NCBI GenBank assembly: GCA_965202785.1
Contig: OZ241855.1
Location: 480,001 to 544,000 of the forward strand
Length of the DNA stretch: 64,000 nt
From: Thermodesulfobacteriota bacterium
Lineage (GTDB): Bacteria; Desulfobacterota_D; UBA1144; Nemesobacterales; Nemesobacteraceae
Direction: 5' to 3'
Every line of letters begins with the position of its first letter. Within the stretch, counting starts at the first letter, position 1. This document shows, piece by piece, positions 46,562 through 58,692 of this stretch. Below the pieces are notes generated by a model. That model was not told the origin of the DNA, did not search any database, and was given only the letters and a program-made list of their open reading frames with translations. A program made the position numbers and the translations under genes.

Positions 46562-47680
46562 ATGTTCATAGACCCCTTAGAGCAGTGGGCGCAACAACCC
46601 ACGTTCCTGATTGGCGAATACGTCATCATACTGTGCACCTTGATCGCATTTGTCCATGCGCACCGGGCCGGGCGCGCAAATCTGCTCATCTTCCTTGCCG
46701 CACTCGTTACCGGGACAGGCAACGATCTGATCTTCATGGCGCTGCCCCTAGTTGACAACTTCTGGCATGCTCAGGCGAATATCATGCTCACCGCACGCCT
46801 ACCCCTGTACATTCCGTGCATGTACGTGGTCTTCATGTACTGGCCGCTGGTCGCCGTCCGCCGACTCGGCCTAGGGCGCTGGTCGACGGTCGCGCTCACC
46901 GGCTTGGTTGCGTGTATGTTTTACGCACCCTATGACATCGTGGGTGCCAAGTTTCTTTGGTGGACCTGGCACGACAGCGATCCCTGGATCGCAGCGCGGC
47001 TGCTTGGAGCACCTGTCAGTAGCAGCCTGTGGGTGCTCACGTTTGTGGGTTCCTTCGCGCTGCTGCTCGACACCGTCCTGCGCGACAGGGAAGTTACCCG
47101 CAAGGGCTTCCTGACTGGCCTTGCGCTGGTCGCCTGCGCCACCACACCGATGATGATATTGCAGATGACGGTCCTGCAAACCATCGATGGGGGAACACCC
47201 GGCTATCTGGCCTTTGGTCTTGGCTTGGCGACCTACGGCACCGTGGCCTTCCTCGGCTGCCGCCTGGTGAACCACTGCAAGCTCCCCGTCGACTGGTTGG
47301 GTCTCGGAGCTACCATCGCCTACCTGCTTATGCTCACTGTCAACATGACTTTTTTCACACCGGAAACCCACGTTAGTACCGGCCTGCACCAGTTGCCCGG
47401 CCCTTGTGACGTTGAAGAGTCAAACATCCTCGGCGACACACGGAAGAAGTTCCTGTGCATCGACTACTACGAAGAGGATTTCACGTTCGCCTGCACCACG
47501 CCACCAGCGCCCGGAACCCGGTGGTTTACGGTTTGCGGCAAGGCACACACCAACTACGCGGCGTACGCCGCCGCGGTTGGCGGTCTGTCACTTGCAGGAA
47601 TCGTGGTGTTCTCAATGTTCTTTGGTGTCATCGGGCACATCGCCATGCGAGGCGACGGATGCAAGATGGAACAAGGTTGA
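46562..47680 (+). CDS. Multi-pass membrane protein of unknown function (GC-rich islet)
   Basis: About eight hydrophobic segments; DNFWHAQ, RLPLYI, PYDIVGAKFLWWTWHD; Cys-rich C-terminal loop. Confidence 0.75.
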   Translation: MFIDPLEQWAQQPTFLIGEYVIILCTLIAFVHAHRAGRANLLIFLAALVTGTGNDLIFMALPLVDNFWHAQANIMLTARLPLYIPCMYVVFMYWPLVAVRRLGLGRWSTVALTGLVACMFYAPYDIVGAKFLWWTWHDSDPWIAARLLGAPVSSSLWVLTFVGSFALLLDTVLRDREVTRKGFLTGLALVACATTPMMILQMTVLQTIDGGTPGYLAFGLGLATYGTVAFLGCRLVNHCKLPVDWLGLGATIAYLLMLTVNMTFFTPETHVSTGLHQLPGPCDVEESNILGDTRKKFLCIDYYEEDFTFACTTPPAPGTRWFTVCGKAHTNYAAYAAAVGGLSLAGIVVFSMFFGVIGHIAMRGDGCKMEQG

Positions 47681-48097
47681 TACGGCGGTGGCGGTGAAAA
47701 TCAGGGCGCATAATATCATAATTGGTGATAGCTACTCTGAAAAACACCGGCCAGAGGACTTCTTATCCTTATATCAAGCAAAAAATTTATATATATGGAT
47801 TCGTTTTTTAGACCTCCTGTAAGCATTTCGATTCTTGCATCAGGCAGCGTGTGCCTGAATTAGAATTTTAAATTCCTTGTCAAACAATTCTGCCTTTTCA
47901 GGCAAAGCACGGGCAACATGCAGGAGGCGGTCTCCCGCGGGACGAAGAGCCCTTGAATGACAAACCGCGGTTGAGAAAAATCTTAAAAAAAGGGAAAATA
48001 AACAGAAGTGAGACGCCAAGTTGTACAGAATCGTTTTCGGGTGGATGACATAAAAATTCTAAACACAAAGCGTAATTTCTCTGGCGCGGCAGCCTAG

Positions 48098-49075
48098 GTG
48101 CCTATGGACGGAATCAGGGAACTCGAACTTGAGAACATAGAAGCGGTAAAGGTCCTCTACGGGGAACTCAACTCGAATCTCAAGGAAATAGAGAGCGAAT
48201 TCGACATAAGCATCCACACCCGGGGCAACAAGATCACTCTAAAGGGGAACGAGGAGAGGACCGCGGAGGCGGGCATGCTCATGGGGCAGATGTACTCTCT
48301 TATAGAGAAGGGGTACGTTCTCCAGCCTTCGGACATAAAGATAGCGAAGAGACTTCTCAGCCAGAAAGACGCCTCCCTCGAAGAGATATTCCTCGACACG
48401 GTCTGCATATCCGTACGGAAGAAAATAATAAGCCCCAAGACGATAAACCAGAAACTCTACATCGACGCCATAAAAAGAAACGACATGGTGTTCGGCATAG
48501 GACCGGCGGGGACGGGGAAAACCTACCTGGCGATGGCGATGGCCGTCTCGGCGTTTACGAACAAGAAGGTAAACAGGATAGTGCTCGCTCGGCCCGCCGT
48601 GGAGGCTGGAGAGAAACTGGGATTTCTCCCCGGCGACCTCCAGGAGAAGGTTAATCCGTACCTGCGGCCCCTCTTCGACGCTCTCTACGACATGATGGAT
48701 TTTGAGAAGGCAAACAGGCTGATCGAGAAGAACATGATTGAAATCGTCCCGATAGCCTACATGAGAGGAAGAACGCTGAATGACGCGTTTATAATTCTCG
48801 ATGAAGCGCAGAACACGACAGCGATACAGATGAAGATGTTTCTTACAAGGCTCGGATTCGGTTCAAAAACGGTCATAACGGGAGACATTACCCAGATAGA
48901 CCTTGCCAGGGAACAGAGCTCCGGGCTGATCGAAGCCATGAACATTCTCTCCGGAATAAAGGGAATAGAGTTTGTTCACTTCTCGAAAACCGACGTCATA
49001 AGACATCCGCTGGTCATGAAAATAATAGACGCTTACGAAAAAATTAAGGATAATGTGAGCGGACGTACACCCTAA
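48098..49075 (+). CDS. phoH: PhoH-family ATPase (YbeZ-like)
   Basis: GPAGTGKT, RPAVEAGEKLGFLPGD, RGRTL, DEAQN. Confidence 0.93.
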   Translation: MPMDGIRELELENIEAVKVLYGELNSNLKEIESEFDISIHTRGNKITLKGNEERTAEAGMLMGQMYSLIEKGYVLQPSDIKIAKRLLSQKDASLEEIFLDTVCISVRKKIISPKTINQKLYIDAIKRNDMVFGIGPAGTGKTYLAMAMAVSAFTNKKVNRIVLARPAVEAGEKLGFLPGDLQEKVNPYLRPLFDALYDMMDFEKANRLIEKNMIEIVPIAYMRGRTLNDAFIILDEAQNTTAIQMKMFLTRLGFGSKTVITGDITQIDLAREQSSGLIEAMNILSGIKGIEFVHFSKTDVIRHPLVMKIIDAYEKIKDNVSGRTP

Positions 49076-49088
49076 CAGGAGAAAACAG

Positions 49089-49478
49089 ATGAAAACACTC
49101 GCCGTCTTCCTTCTAGCAGCCATGCTGCTTGCTCCCTCGTGCAAAAGATGGGAGAACCCGGCGACTTCCATGATCTCGTCCGACAAGTCCGTGGTGGTCC
49201 TCGTGCTTAATCCCTCGGTATACACGATGCAGGAAGTGCGCGTCAAAGGAAAAGTGTGGGAGATCGAAACGATGGGAGAACCGGCAGAATCGGCGACCTT
49301 CAAGCTCGCCGACAGCGAGGGAAACTACATAACTGTCGTCTGGGAAAAAGAACTCTCTTTTGCCGAGGGGAACATAGTGGAAGCCGCGGGCCTTTTCGAC
49401 AGCAACTTCATCTCCTCTGAGAACAGGTTTGACCCCAAGCTTACGGCACAGACAATCAAAGTTCTGAAAGAGGACTGA
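49089..49478 (+). CDS. Small lipoprotein, probable OB-fold
   Basis: LLAPSC lipobox; VRVKGKV and FKLAD beta-strand pattern. Confidence 0.65.
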   Translation: MKTLAVFLLAAMLLAPSCKRWENPATSMISSDKSVVVLVLNPSVYTMQEVRVKGKVWEIETMGEPAESATFKLADSEGNYITVVWEKELSFAEGNIVEAAGLFDSNFISSENRFDPKLTAQTIKVLKED

Positions 49479-52034
<2,556 letters not shown>

Positions 52035-52042
<8 letters not shown>

Positions 52043-53633
52043 CTGAAAAACTGACCTGGGTTATCGAAATAATATTCTCTATGGTGGAAATCTCCCCGAT
52101 AACTTCTTCGCTAACCTCGGTGTCGACGTTCGTAAAAACTATGGCTTCCCCGCCGGCAGATTTTCTTCCAAGGTGCATCCGGCCGATGTTTACGCCGTTT
52201 TTCCCGAGAACAGAACACATGGAACCTATGAAGCCCGGGCGGTCGTAATTGTGGCTCACGAGCAGGAACCCCTCGGGAACAATGTCGATCTCGACCCCGT
52301 TCACCTTGACTATCCTCCCGTGATTCCCGCTGAAAACGCTTCCCGAAATCTCGTTGGTCCCCTCGCGGGTCGCAACAGTCACGGTAATGAGATTTGTGTA
52401 CTGGCTCATGGCCGCAGATTTTGATTCCACTACCTTTATTGTCCTTTCCTCGGCTATCGACGGAGCGTTAACGTAGGTCACCGAGATATCCATTATGTGC
52501 GAGAGAAAGCCTTTGAGCACGGAAACCGTCAGGTAACTGCAGTCCATTTCGGCCACCTCGCCCTCGTAAGTTACCTCTATCGTGCGAACCGCGCCCTTGC
52601 AGAGCTGTCCGTGAAGGCTGCCTATCTTCTCGCAGATTGACATATAAGGCTTCATGACGGCAAGCTGCTCTGTGGTAAGCGATGGCATGTTAACCGCGTT
52701 TTTGACGATCCCTTTCTGCGCGAAATCTATAAGCTGCTCCGCCATGGTGGTCCCGACCTTTATCTGAGCCTCCTCCGTCGAAGCGCCCAGATGCGGGGTA
52801 AGAACTATGTTCTCATCGACCGAGAGAACGGGGTTTTCGGGATCTATGGGTTCCGAGGTGTAAACGTCAAACGCCGCTCCTCCCACCTTGCCTTCGCGGA
52901 GAGCCTCAGCCATGTCCGCCTCGTTCACTATCCCCCCTCTGGCACAGTTAATCACTATCACCCCTTCCTTCATCTTCGCAAAAGACTCGGAGTCTATAAG
53001 ATCCCTCGTCTCGTCATTAAGGGGCGTGTGCACCGTTATAACGTCCGAGCGGCGGAAAAGCTCATCCAGGGAGACAAGCTCGATGCTGAGCTTCTTCGCG
53101 GCTTCCTTGCTCAGGTAAGGATCGTACGCGACCGCCTTCATCTTAAGACCCATGGCACGCTCGGCCACAAGCTTTCCTATGTTTCCGAGGCCCACAAGTC
53201 CTATTGTTTTCCCGTAGACCTCAACCCCCTTGTACTTGTTTCTCTCCCACTTGCCCGATTTTATCGAGGAGTGAGCCTGGGGAATCCTTCTGGCAAGGGA
53301 AAGCAGCAGCGTGATGGTGTGTTCCGCCGTGGTTATCGAGTTTGACTCGGGGGTATTCATGACGGCTACCCCGTTTCTGGTCGCGGCGTCAAGGTCTATG
53401 TTGTCTATCCCTATTCCGGCGCGTCCTATGATCCGAAGCCTTCCGCCCGAAGCCTCTATGACTTCCTTGGTAACCTTCGTGGCGCTTCTTACCACGAGGC
53501 CTTCGTAGTCCTTTATTATATCGACAAGCTCGTCGGGAGGGATGCCTTTTCTCTCGTCAACTTCTACCCCCTCGGCGGCCTTAAGAAGTTCAAGGCCCTG
53601 CTTAGCAAGTCCGTCAGTTATAAGTATTTTCAA
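52035..53633 (-). CDS. serA: D-3-phosphoglycerate dehydrogenase
   Basis: [31 protein letters not shown]-terminal ACT domain; TTG start at 53633. Confidence 0.96.
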
Positions 53634-53793
53634 GAGATTCCTCCGGGATGGCGGGATAAAAACCACTAAGATAATAGTTAAACAAAAGACAATGTCAATC
53701 AGTCGGGGCGTGTTTTGGGAGCGGGCGAGAAGAACCTCCAGGGAAGTGCGAAATTGTTAAAAATCGCGATTTGGGTTACCCTAACCTGCCGTA

Positions 53794-54555
53794 ATGAAAG
53801 AAGAAACCGGCATGAATTTTCTTCAGCACGCAGAAGAACTTAGAAAAAGAATCATATATTCCCTGATTCCGATACTTGTCTTCTTCGTTCCCTGCTACAT
53901 TTTCTCAAAACAGCTCTTCGATCTGCTCATGGGACCCATAATAAGGAGTCTGCCCGAGGGAAGCTCCCTCATATTCACCCGCCCGGCCGAAGGGTTTCTT
54001 ACCTATCTCAAGGTATCGCTGTTTTTCTCCTTTTTTCTTTCCGTTCCGTTCATTCTGTACAACGCCTGGCATTTCGTTTCCCCGGCACTCTACAAGAAAG
54101 AAAAAAGGGTCGTTGTCCCGCTCGTCATATTTGGAACTCTGTTCTTCATCCTGGGGGCGCTTTTCTGCTACTTCATCGCCGCTCCCCAGGGACTCCGGTT
54201 CCTCCTCGGCGAATACACGACCCAGTACGTAAAGGCATTTCCCAGCATAAAGGAAGCGCTATCGTTTCTTACGGCGCTTATGATAGGTTTCGGGCTCGTG
54301 TTTGAGTTTCCGCTTGTGGTCTTCATCCTCTCAAGGCTTGGGCTCGTAACGGCGGGATTTCTCGCGAGGAACAGAAAATACGCGCTTTTGATAAACGCCA
54401 TTCTCGCTGCTTTCATAACGCCGACTACAGACGCCGTATCGATGATGTTCATGCTCGTTCCTCTTTTCATCTTCTACGAGCTTGGAATAATCATCGCAAA
54501 GATATTCGCAAAGAAAAAACCTGAAACGGAACCGGCTGGAGAGGAATTCAGTTAA
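53794..54555 (+). CDS. tatC: Twin-arginine translocase subunit TatC
   Basis: HAEELRKR, FVSPALY, FEFPL, AAFITP. Confidence 0.94.
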   Translation: MKEETGMNFLQHAEELRKRIIYSLIPILVFFVPCYIFSKQLFDLLMGPIIRSLPEGSSLIFTRPAEGFLTYLKVSLFFSFFLSVPFILYNAWHFVSPALYKKEKRVVVPLVIFGTLFFILGALFCYFIAAPQGLRFLLGEYTTQYVKAFPSIKEALSFLTALMIGFGLVFEFPLVVFILSRLGLVTAGFLARNRKYALLINAILAAFITPTTDAVSMMFMLVPLFIFYELGIIIAKIFAKKKPETEPAGEEFS

Positions 54556-54615
54556 ACAGAAAGACCTGACCCCTAACCGGGAATCCCACTCCGCAGCGCG
54601 GAAAAGGAGAGAAAA

Positions 54616-56322
54616 ATGCCAAGAAAAAAACCTAAGGACCTAATGCATCCCGTCACCTACAAGCGCGAGAACGGGAAATTCGACGTCAACTGGTATCTCA
54701 AGGAAGACCGCTCGAACTGGGTGCTTCCCAAGGTGCTTCGCGAACAGGCGAAGAAACTGGGCAAAAAGCCCTTCCTTCAGTTCGGCTATAAAAAGCCCCT
54801 TAGTTTCTACCAGACGAACCGTCTCGCCAACCGCGTGGCAAACGCCCTTTGCGGCCTCGGGGTTGAGAAGACAAAGAAGGTCGCCGTCTACATGCCTAAC
54901 TCCGATGACTACGTAATAACCTGGTTTGGAATCCTCAAGATGGGAGCCGTGATGGTGCCCATAAACACGGCCTACAAGATGGATTTCCTTGAATACATAA
55001 TCGACAGCTCGGACGCCGAGGTGCTTTTTATAGCGGAAGAGTACCTGGACCGGATGCCCCCCATAGCGAAGAATCTCTCAAAGCTTCGCCACGTCATAGT
55101 CTGGACAAGGAGCGGGGACAGGAAGTTCAAAAAACACGGATACAATTTCCCAAAGATGATCTCCTACTCAGAATTCATAAGCTCGGGCTCGGGCAGGGAG
55201 CCGGACGTCGAGGTCACGTTCATGGACTACGCAAGGCTCATGTACACCTCTGGCACCACGGGCCGCTCAAAAGGGGTCATGAGACCTTGCGCCGCCGATT
55301 ACAGCAGCGCGAGGAACTACGCCGAGATAATGGATGTCGGTCCTGAGGACGTGTGCTTCACGTGCCTTCCGCTTTTCCATTCAAACGCCATGGTGATGAC
55401 CGTCTACCCGGCACTGATAAAAGGAGCGAAAACCGTAGTGGAGGAAAAATACAGCTCAAGCCGCTTCTGGAAATGGATGGTCGACCACGGGGTGACGAAG
55501 TTCAACACCGTGGGAACCATGTCGTATTTTCTCTGGAACACCCCTCCCGTGCCGGAGGAGGGACAGCATAAGATAAAGCTCGTTCTCGGCTCGCCCGCCC
55601 CCCACGACATGATAGAGGAGTTCATGGAGCGCTTCGGGATAAAGTTCATGGAAGGCTACGGCCTGACGGAAATAGGCCAGTGCACCTGGATGAGGCCTGG
55701 AGAGCCTTTCAGGGTGGGGTCCTGCGGAAAGGAAGCCCCAAACTACGAGATAAAGGTCGCCAACCCGGAGACGGACGAGGAGGTGCCGAGGGGGGACATA
55801 GGGGAAATCATAGTGCGCCCCAGGATACCGAACGTGATGCTTCACTACTATCACAAGATGCCCGAGAAGACCGTCGAGGATTTCAGAAATTTCTGGTTCC
55901 ACACGGGCGACGCGGGAAGAATGGACAAAGACGGCTACATATACTTTGTCGACAGGGTGAAGGACTACATAAGAAGAAGGGGCGAGAACATAAGCTCCTT
56001 CGAGGTAGAGAAAATCGTCAACTCCCACCCTGATGTCGAGGAATCGGCCGCGATAGGAATAAAGTCAGAAGCCGGGAAATACGCGGAAGACGAGCTTATG
56101 GTACTAGTGATTCCAAAGGAAGGAAAGGAGGTAGATCCCCCGGAACTAATGGATTACCTTCAGCCCAGAATGCCTTATTTCATGATCCCGAGATTCATAA
56201 GATTCGTAGATTCCTTCCCGAAGACCGGAACGCAGAGAACCCAGAAGAACAAGCTACGCGAACAGGGAGTGACTAAAGACACTTGGGACATGGTGGAAGC
56301 CGGCTACAAGCTGAAGAGGTAG
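54616..56322 (+). CDS. Acyl-CoA ligase (CaiC-like ANL family)
   Basis: YTSGTTGRSKG, YGLTE, WFHTGD, IRRRGENISSFEVE. Confidence 0.9.
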   Translation: MPRKKPKDLMHPVTYKRENGKFDVNWYLKEDRSNWVLPKVLREQAKKLGKKPFLQFGYKKPLSFYQTNRLANRVANALCGLGVEKTKKVAVYMPNSDDYVITWFGILKMGAVMVPINTAYKMDFLEYIIDSSDAEVLFIAEEYLDRMPPIAKNLSKLRHVIVWTRSGDRKFKKHGYNFPKMISYSEFISSGSGREPDVEVTFMDYARLMYTSGTTGRSKGVMRPCAADYSSARNYAEIMDVGPEDVCFTCLPLFHSNAMVMTVYPALIKGAKTVVEEKYSSSRFWKWMVDHGVTKFNTVGTMSYFLWNTPPVPEEGQHKIKLVLGSPAPHDMIEEFMERFGIKFMEGYGLTEIGQCTWMRPGEPFRVGSCGKEAPNYEIKVANPETDEEVPRGDIGEIIVRPRIPNVMLHYYHKMPEKTVEDFRNFWFHTGDAGRMDKDGYIYFVDRVKDYIRRRGENISSFEVEKIVNSHPDVEESAAIGIKSEAGKYAEDELMVLVIPKEGKEVDPPELMDYLQPRMPYFMIPRFIRFVDSFPKTGTQRTQKNKLREQGVTKDTWDMVEAGYKLKR

Positions 56323-56430
56323 AAGGCTGTATCTTGAAAGGAAGTGTCCGGTTCCTTGCACTTTTTATTCCGTGATTGCAAGAAAACCATTCGTAGCCAT
56401 ATTATTTACAGACATCAACTAACCAAAAAA

Positions 56431-57621
56431 TTATGCGATAGATTTTTCAAAATTAGAGAATTCTGATTCGTAGGTTCGTGCTGCAGAGACTATCCTGCCA
56501 ACCGCATATTCCGCTTCTTCTTGTGTTGTATACCGTCCAATAGAAATTCGTATGGAACTTTCGGAATCGTTAGTGTTAAGACCTATAGCCCGCAGAACAT
56601 GAGAAGGTTCCAGAATTCCACTCGTACAAGCAGAACCTGTTGAAATAGCAACTTCAGGCTGTAAATTTCCTATCAGTGATTTAGCATCAATTCCAGGCAG
56701 AACAACATTGATGTTTCCCGGATGTCTTAGTTTAAAAGAACCATTCAGTTTGCAATTTGGAAGTCCTTTCTTCAATTTTTTCCACATAAAGTCTCTTAGA
56801 GATAAAATATGCTCTTCCTCAGTTTTTCTATTTTCCTTAAGCTCTTTGACGGCTGCCGCAAACCCCGCTACCAGATTAGTTGGTATGGTACCGGATCGAT
56901 ATCCTCCTTGTTGTCCACCTCCCTGAAATAATGCTACCGGTTCCACCTCAATAAATTGGCTTATATAAAGAGCTCCTATTCCCTTCGGCCCATACATTTT
57001 ATGGCTTGATAGGCTTAACAAATCTATCCCGTCTTCTAATACATCAATTCCTCTGTAAGTTGCTTGAGCAGCATCAACATGAAAAATTGCTCCTGCGTTA
57101 TGACACAGTTGCGATATTTCCCTGATCGGCTGATAACTTCCTATCTCATTATTGACCGCCATAACTGAAACAAGTAGCGTTTCCCTATCAATCACTTTTT
57201 GTATATGTTCAATATTCACTAAGCCGTCATTTTCTACTTCAGCTTTAACAACTGAATAACCAAAATTCTCTTCAAGAAATTTAGCGGCACCTAAAATACA
57301 CTTATGTTCAATTTGTGAGACAATTATTTTTTTTCTAGTCCCACTTGCATATCCCGATAGCCCTATTCCAATAACAGCTAAGTTGTTTGCTTCTGTGGCA
57401 CCGGAAGTAAAAACAATTTCATTTTCAAGTGCGCCTATAAAATCAGCTACCTCTCGTGCTGCATTCTCAACTATTTCGGCAGATCTCCAACCGAAAGCAT
57501 GTTCGGAAGAATGAGGATTAGCGAAACCGGTTTCTTCCGCACGCTTCATAGCTTCAAATGCCTTTTTACTAAGAGGAGTTGATGCCTGATAATCTAGATA
57601 TACGGTTAGTTTTTCAGCCAC
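56431..57621 (-). CDS. sspA: Cysteine desulfurase (IscS/DndA/SspA-like)
   Basis: YLDYQASTP, FTSGATEANN, SSHKMYGPKG (PLP Lys), STGSACTS (catalytic Cys). Confidence 0.85.
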   Translation of the reverse strand: MAEKLTVYLDYQASTPLSKKAFEAMKRAEETGFANPHSSEHAFGWRSAEIVENAAREVADFIGALENEIVFTSGATEANNLAVIGIGLSGYASGTRKKIIVSQIEHKCILGAAKFLEENFGYSVVKAEVENDGLVNIEHIQKVIDRETLLVSVMAVNNEIGSYQPIREISQLCHNAGAIFHVDAAQATYRGIDVLEDGIDLLSLSSHKMYGPKGIGALYISQFIEVEPVALFQGGGQQGGYRSGTIPTNLVAGFAAAVKELKENRKTEEEHILSLRDFMWKKLKKGLPNCKLNGSFKLRHPGNINVVLPGIDAKSLIGNLQPEVAISTGSACTSGILEPSHVLRAIGLNTNDSESSIRISIGRYTTQEEAEYAVGRIVSAARTYESEFSNFEKSIA

Positions 57622-57670
57622 TTGACCCTCAATTTTTATTGGTACTCATTATTCTAGAGAATTTCTGATT

Positions 57671-57746
57671 CTGGACAACTTGTCCAGTAAGAAAATTTGA
57701 CCTGCTTAATTAAAAATGGCATCTTTCTGGATAAAACATCCAGAAA
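57671..57746. promoter_or_regulatory. Two palindromic CTGGA-N7-TCCAG sites in the sspA/sspB divergent promoter region
   Basis: CTGGACAA-C-TTGTCCAG (57671-57687) and TTTCTGGAT-AAAAC-ATCCAGAAA (57724-57746). Confidence 0.7.
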
Positions 57747-57756
57747 ATACATTTTT

Positions 57757-58692
57757 ATGCCCTCCACACAAATAGAATTGTCAAATATCAAGCCGATTTT
57801 TTCCGGTCACGAAACGTTTCCATTAAGATATGGATGGCTGAAAAAGGTTTATGACTCAGTATCCCGTGATATAGAATCGGAAGAAAGTACGCGCGATATT
57901 TTTAACAGAGATGAAGCAATAGCTATATTCGGTGTTGGTAAAAACATGGTTGCCTCAATGCGTCATTGGGCAACATGGACTGGCATTCTCAATACTGAAG
58001 GCAAAACCTCGTCTTATGCTAATATGATCCTAGGTAATAACGGATTAGACCCTTGGTTAGAATCCCCTATAAGCCTTTGGATTTTACATTGGCAGCTTAC
58101 TAGTAAGCCTCGGCTCTTGACCTATTTCTGGTTCTTTAATTTATTTAATGGAACAACTTTTGACAAAGAACAAATACAGAAAGCACTGCTTTCGTTATGC
58201 GAAGATTGTTCCCTTAAGATTCCATCCGCAATGACTCTCAAGAGAGATGTTGATTGCTTTATCCGCACTTATGTAAGTAAACCAAGCAAAACAGGAAGAA
58301 TTTCAGAAGATTCATTGGAATCCCCCCTAGCCGAATTAAACCTAATAACACATGTTAACAGGCGAGATGTGTTTCAATCCCGTAGAGGCACAAAATCAAG
58401 TCTCACGGAAGGCGTATTCTTGTTGGTTCTGTGGGATTTCTGGAATCGCAATTGGCGAAACCAAACGACGTTGTCATTAGAAGCTTCGGTTTACGATCCT
58501 TACTCTCCCGGACGTATTTTTCTGATGGATGAAACTGCCATTCTTGAAAAGGCCTACAAGTTAGCGTCTTTAAATGTTGGCATTGAATGGTCAGAAAGCT
58601 CAGGTATGAGACAATTTCAAAGAAACGTTCCATTGAAAAAGATCAGAAAATCCGCAATGCGCTTAATTAAAGATGAATATGCGGTAATGTGA
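57757..58692 (+). CDS. sspB: DUF4007-family protein (SspB-like)
   Basis: FSGHETFPLRYGWLKK, GVGKNMVASMRHW, DPWLE, SPLAELNLI; start placed at ATG 57757. Confidence 0.8.
   Translation: MPSTQIELSNIKPIFSGHETFPLRYGWLKKVYDSVSRDIESEESTRDIFNRDEAIAIFGVGKNMVASMRHWATWTGILNTEGKTSSYANMILGNNGLDPWLESPISLWILHWQLTSKPRLLTYFWFFNLFNGTTFDKEQIQKALLSLCEDCSLKIPSAMTLKRDVDCFIRTYVSKPSKTGRISEDSLESPLAELNLITHVNRRDVFQSRRGTKSSLTEGVFLLVLWDFWNRNWRNQTTLSLEASVYDPYSPGRIFLMDETAILEKAYKLASLNVGIEWSESSGMRQFQRNVPLKKIRKSAMRLIKDEYAVM

Noticed and set aside
47820-47970. TGCCT/AGGCA hairpins and a GGGACGA loop upstream of phoH
   Set aside because: Short, inconsistent spacing, no recognisable RNA family; may be chance.
56380-56425. dif/att site at the island border
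   Set aside because: Only vague similarity to a XerD arm; no tRNA or direct repeat is identifiable within the window.
56431-57621. Housekeeping iscS/sufS completing the suf operon
   Set aside because: AT-rich and embedded in the defence island divergent from sspB; no isc genes nearby. Moonlighting cannot be excluded.
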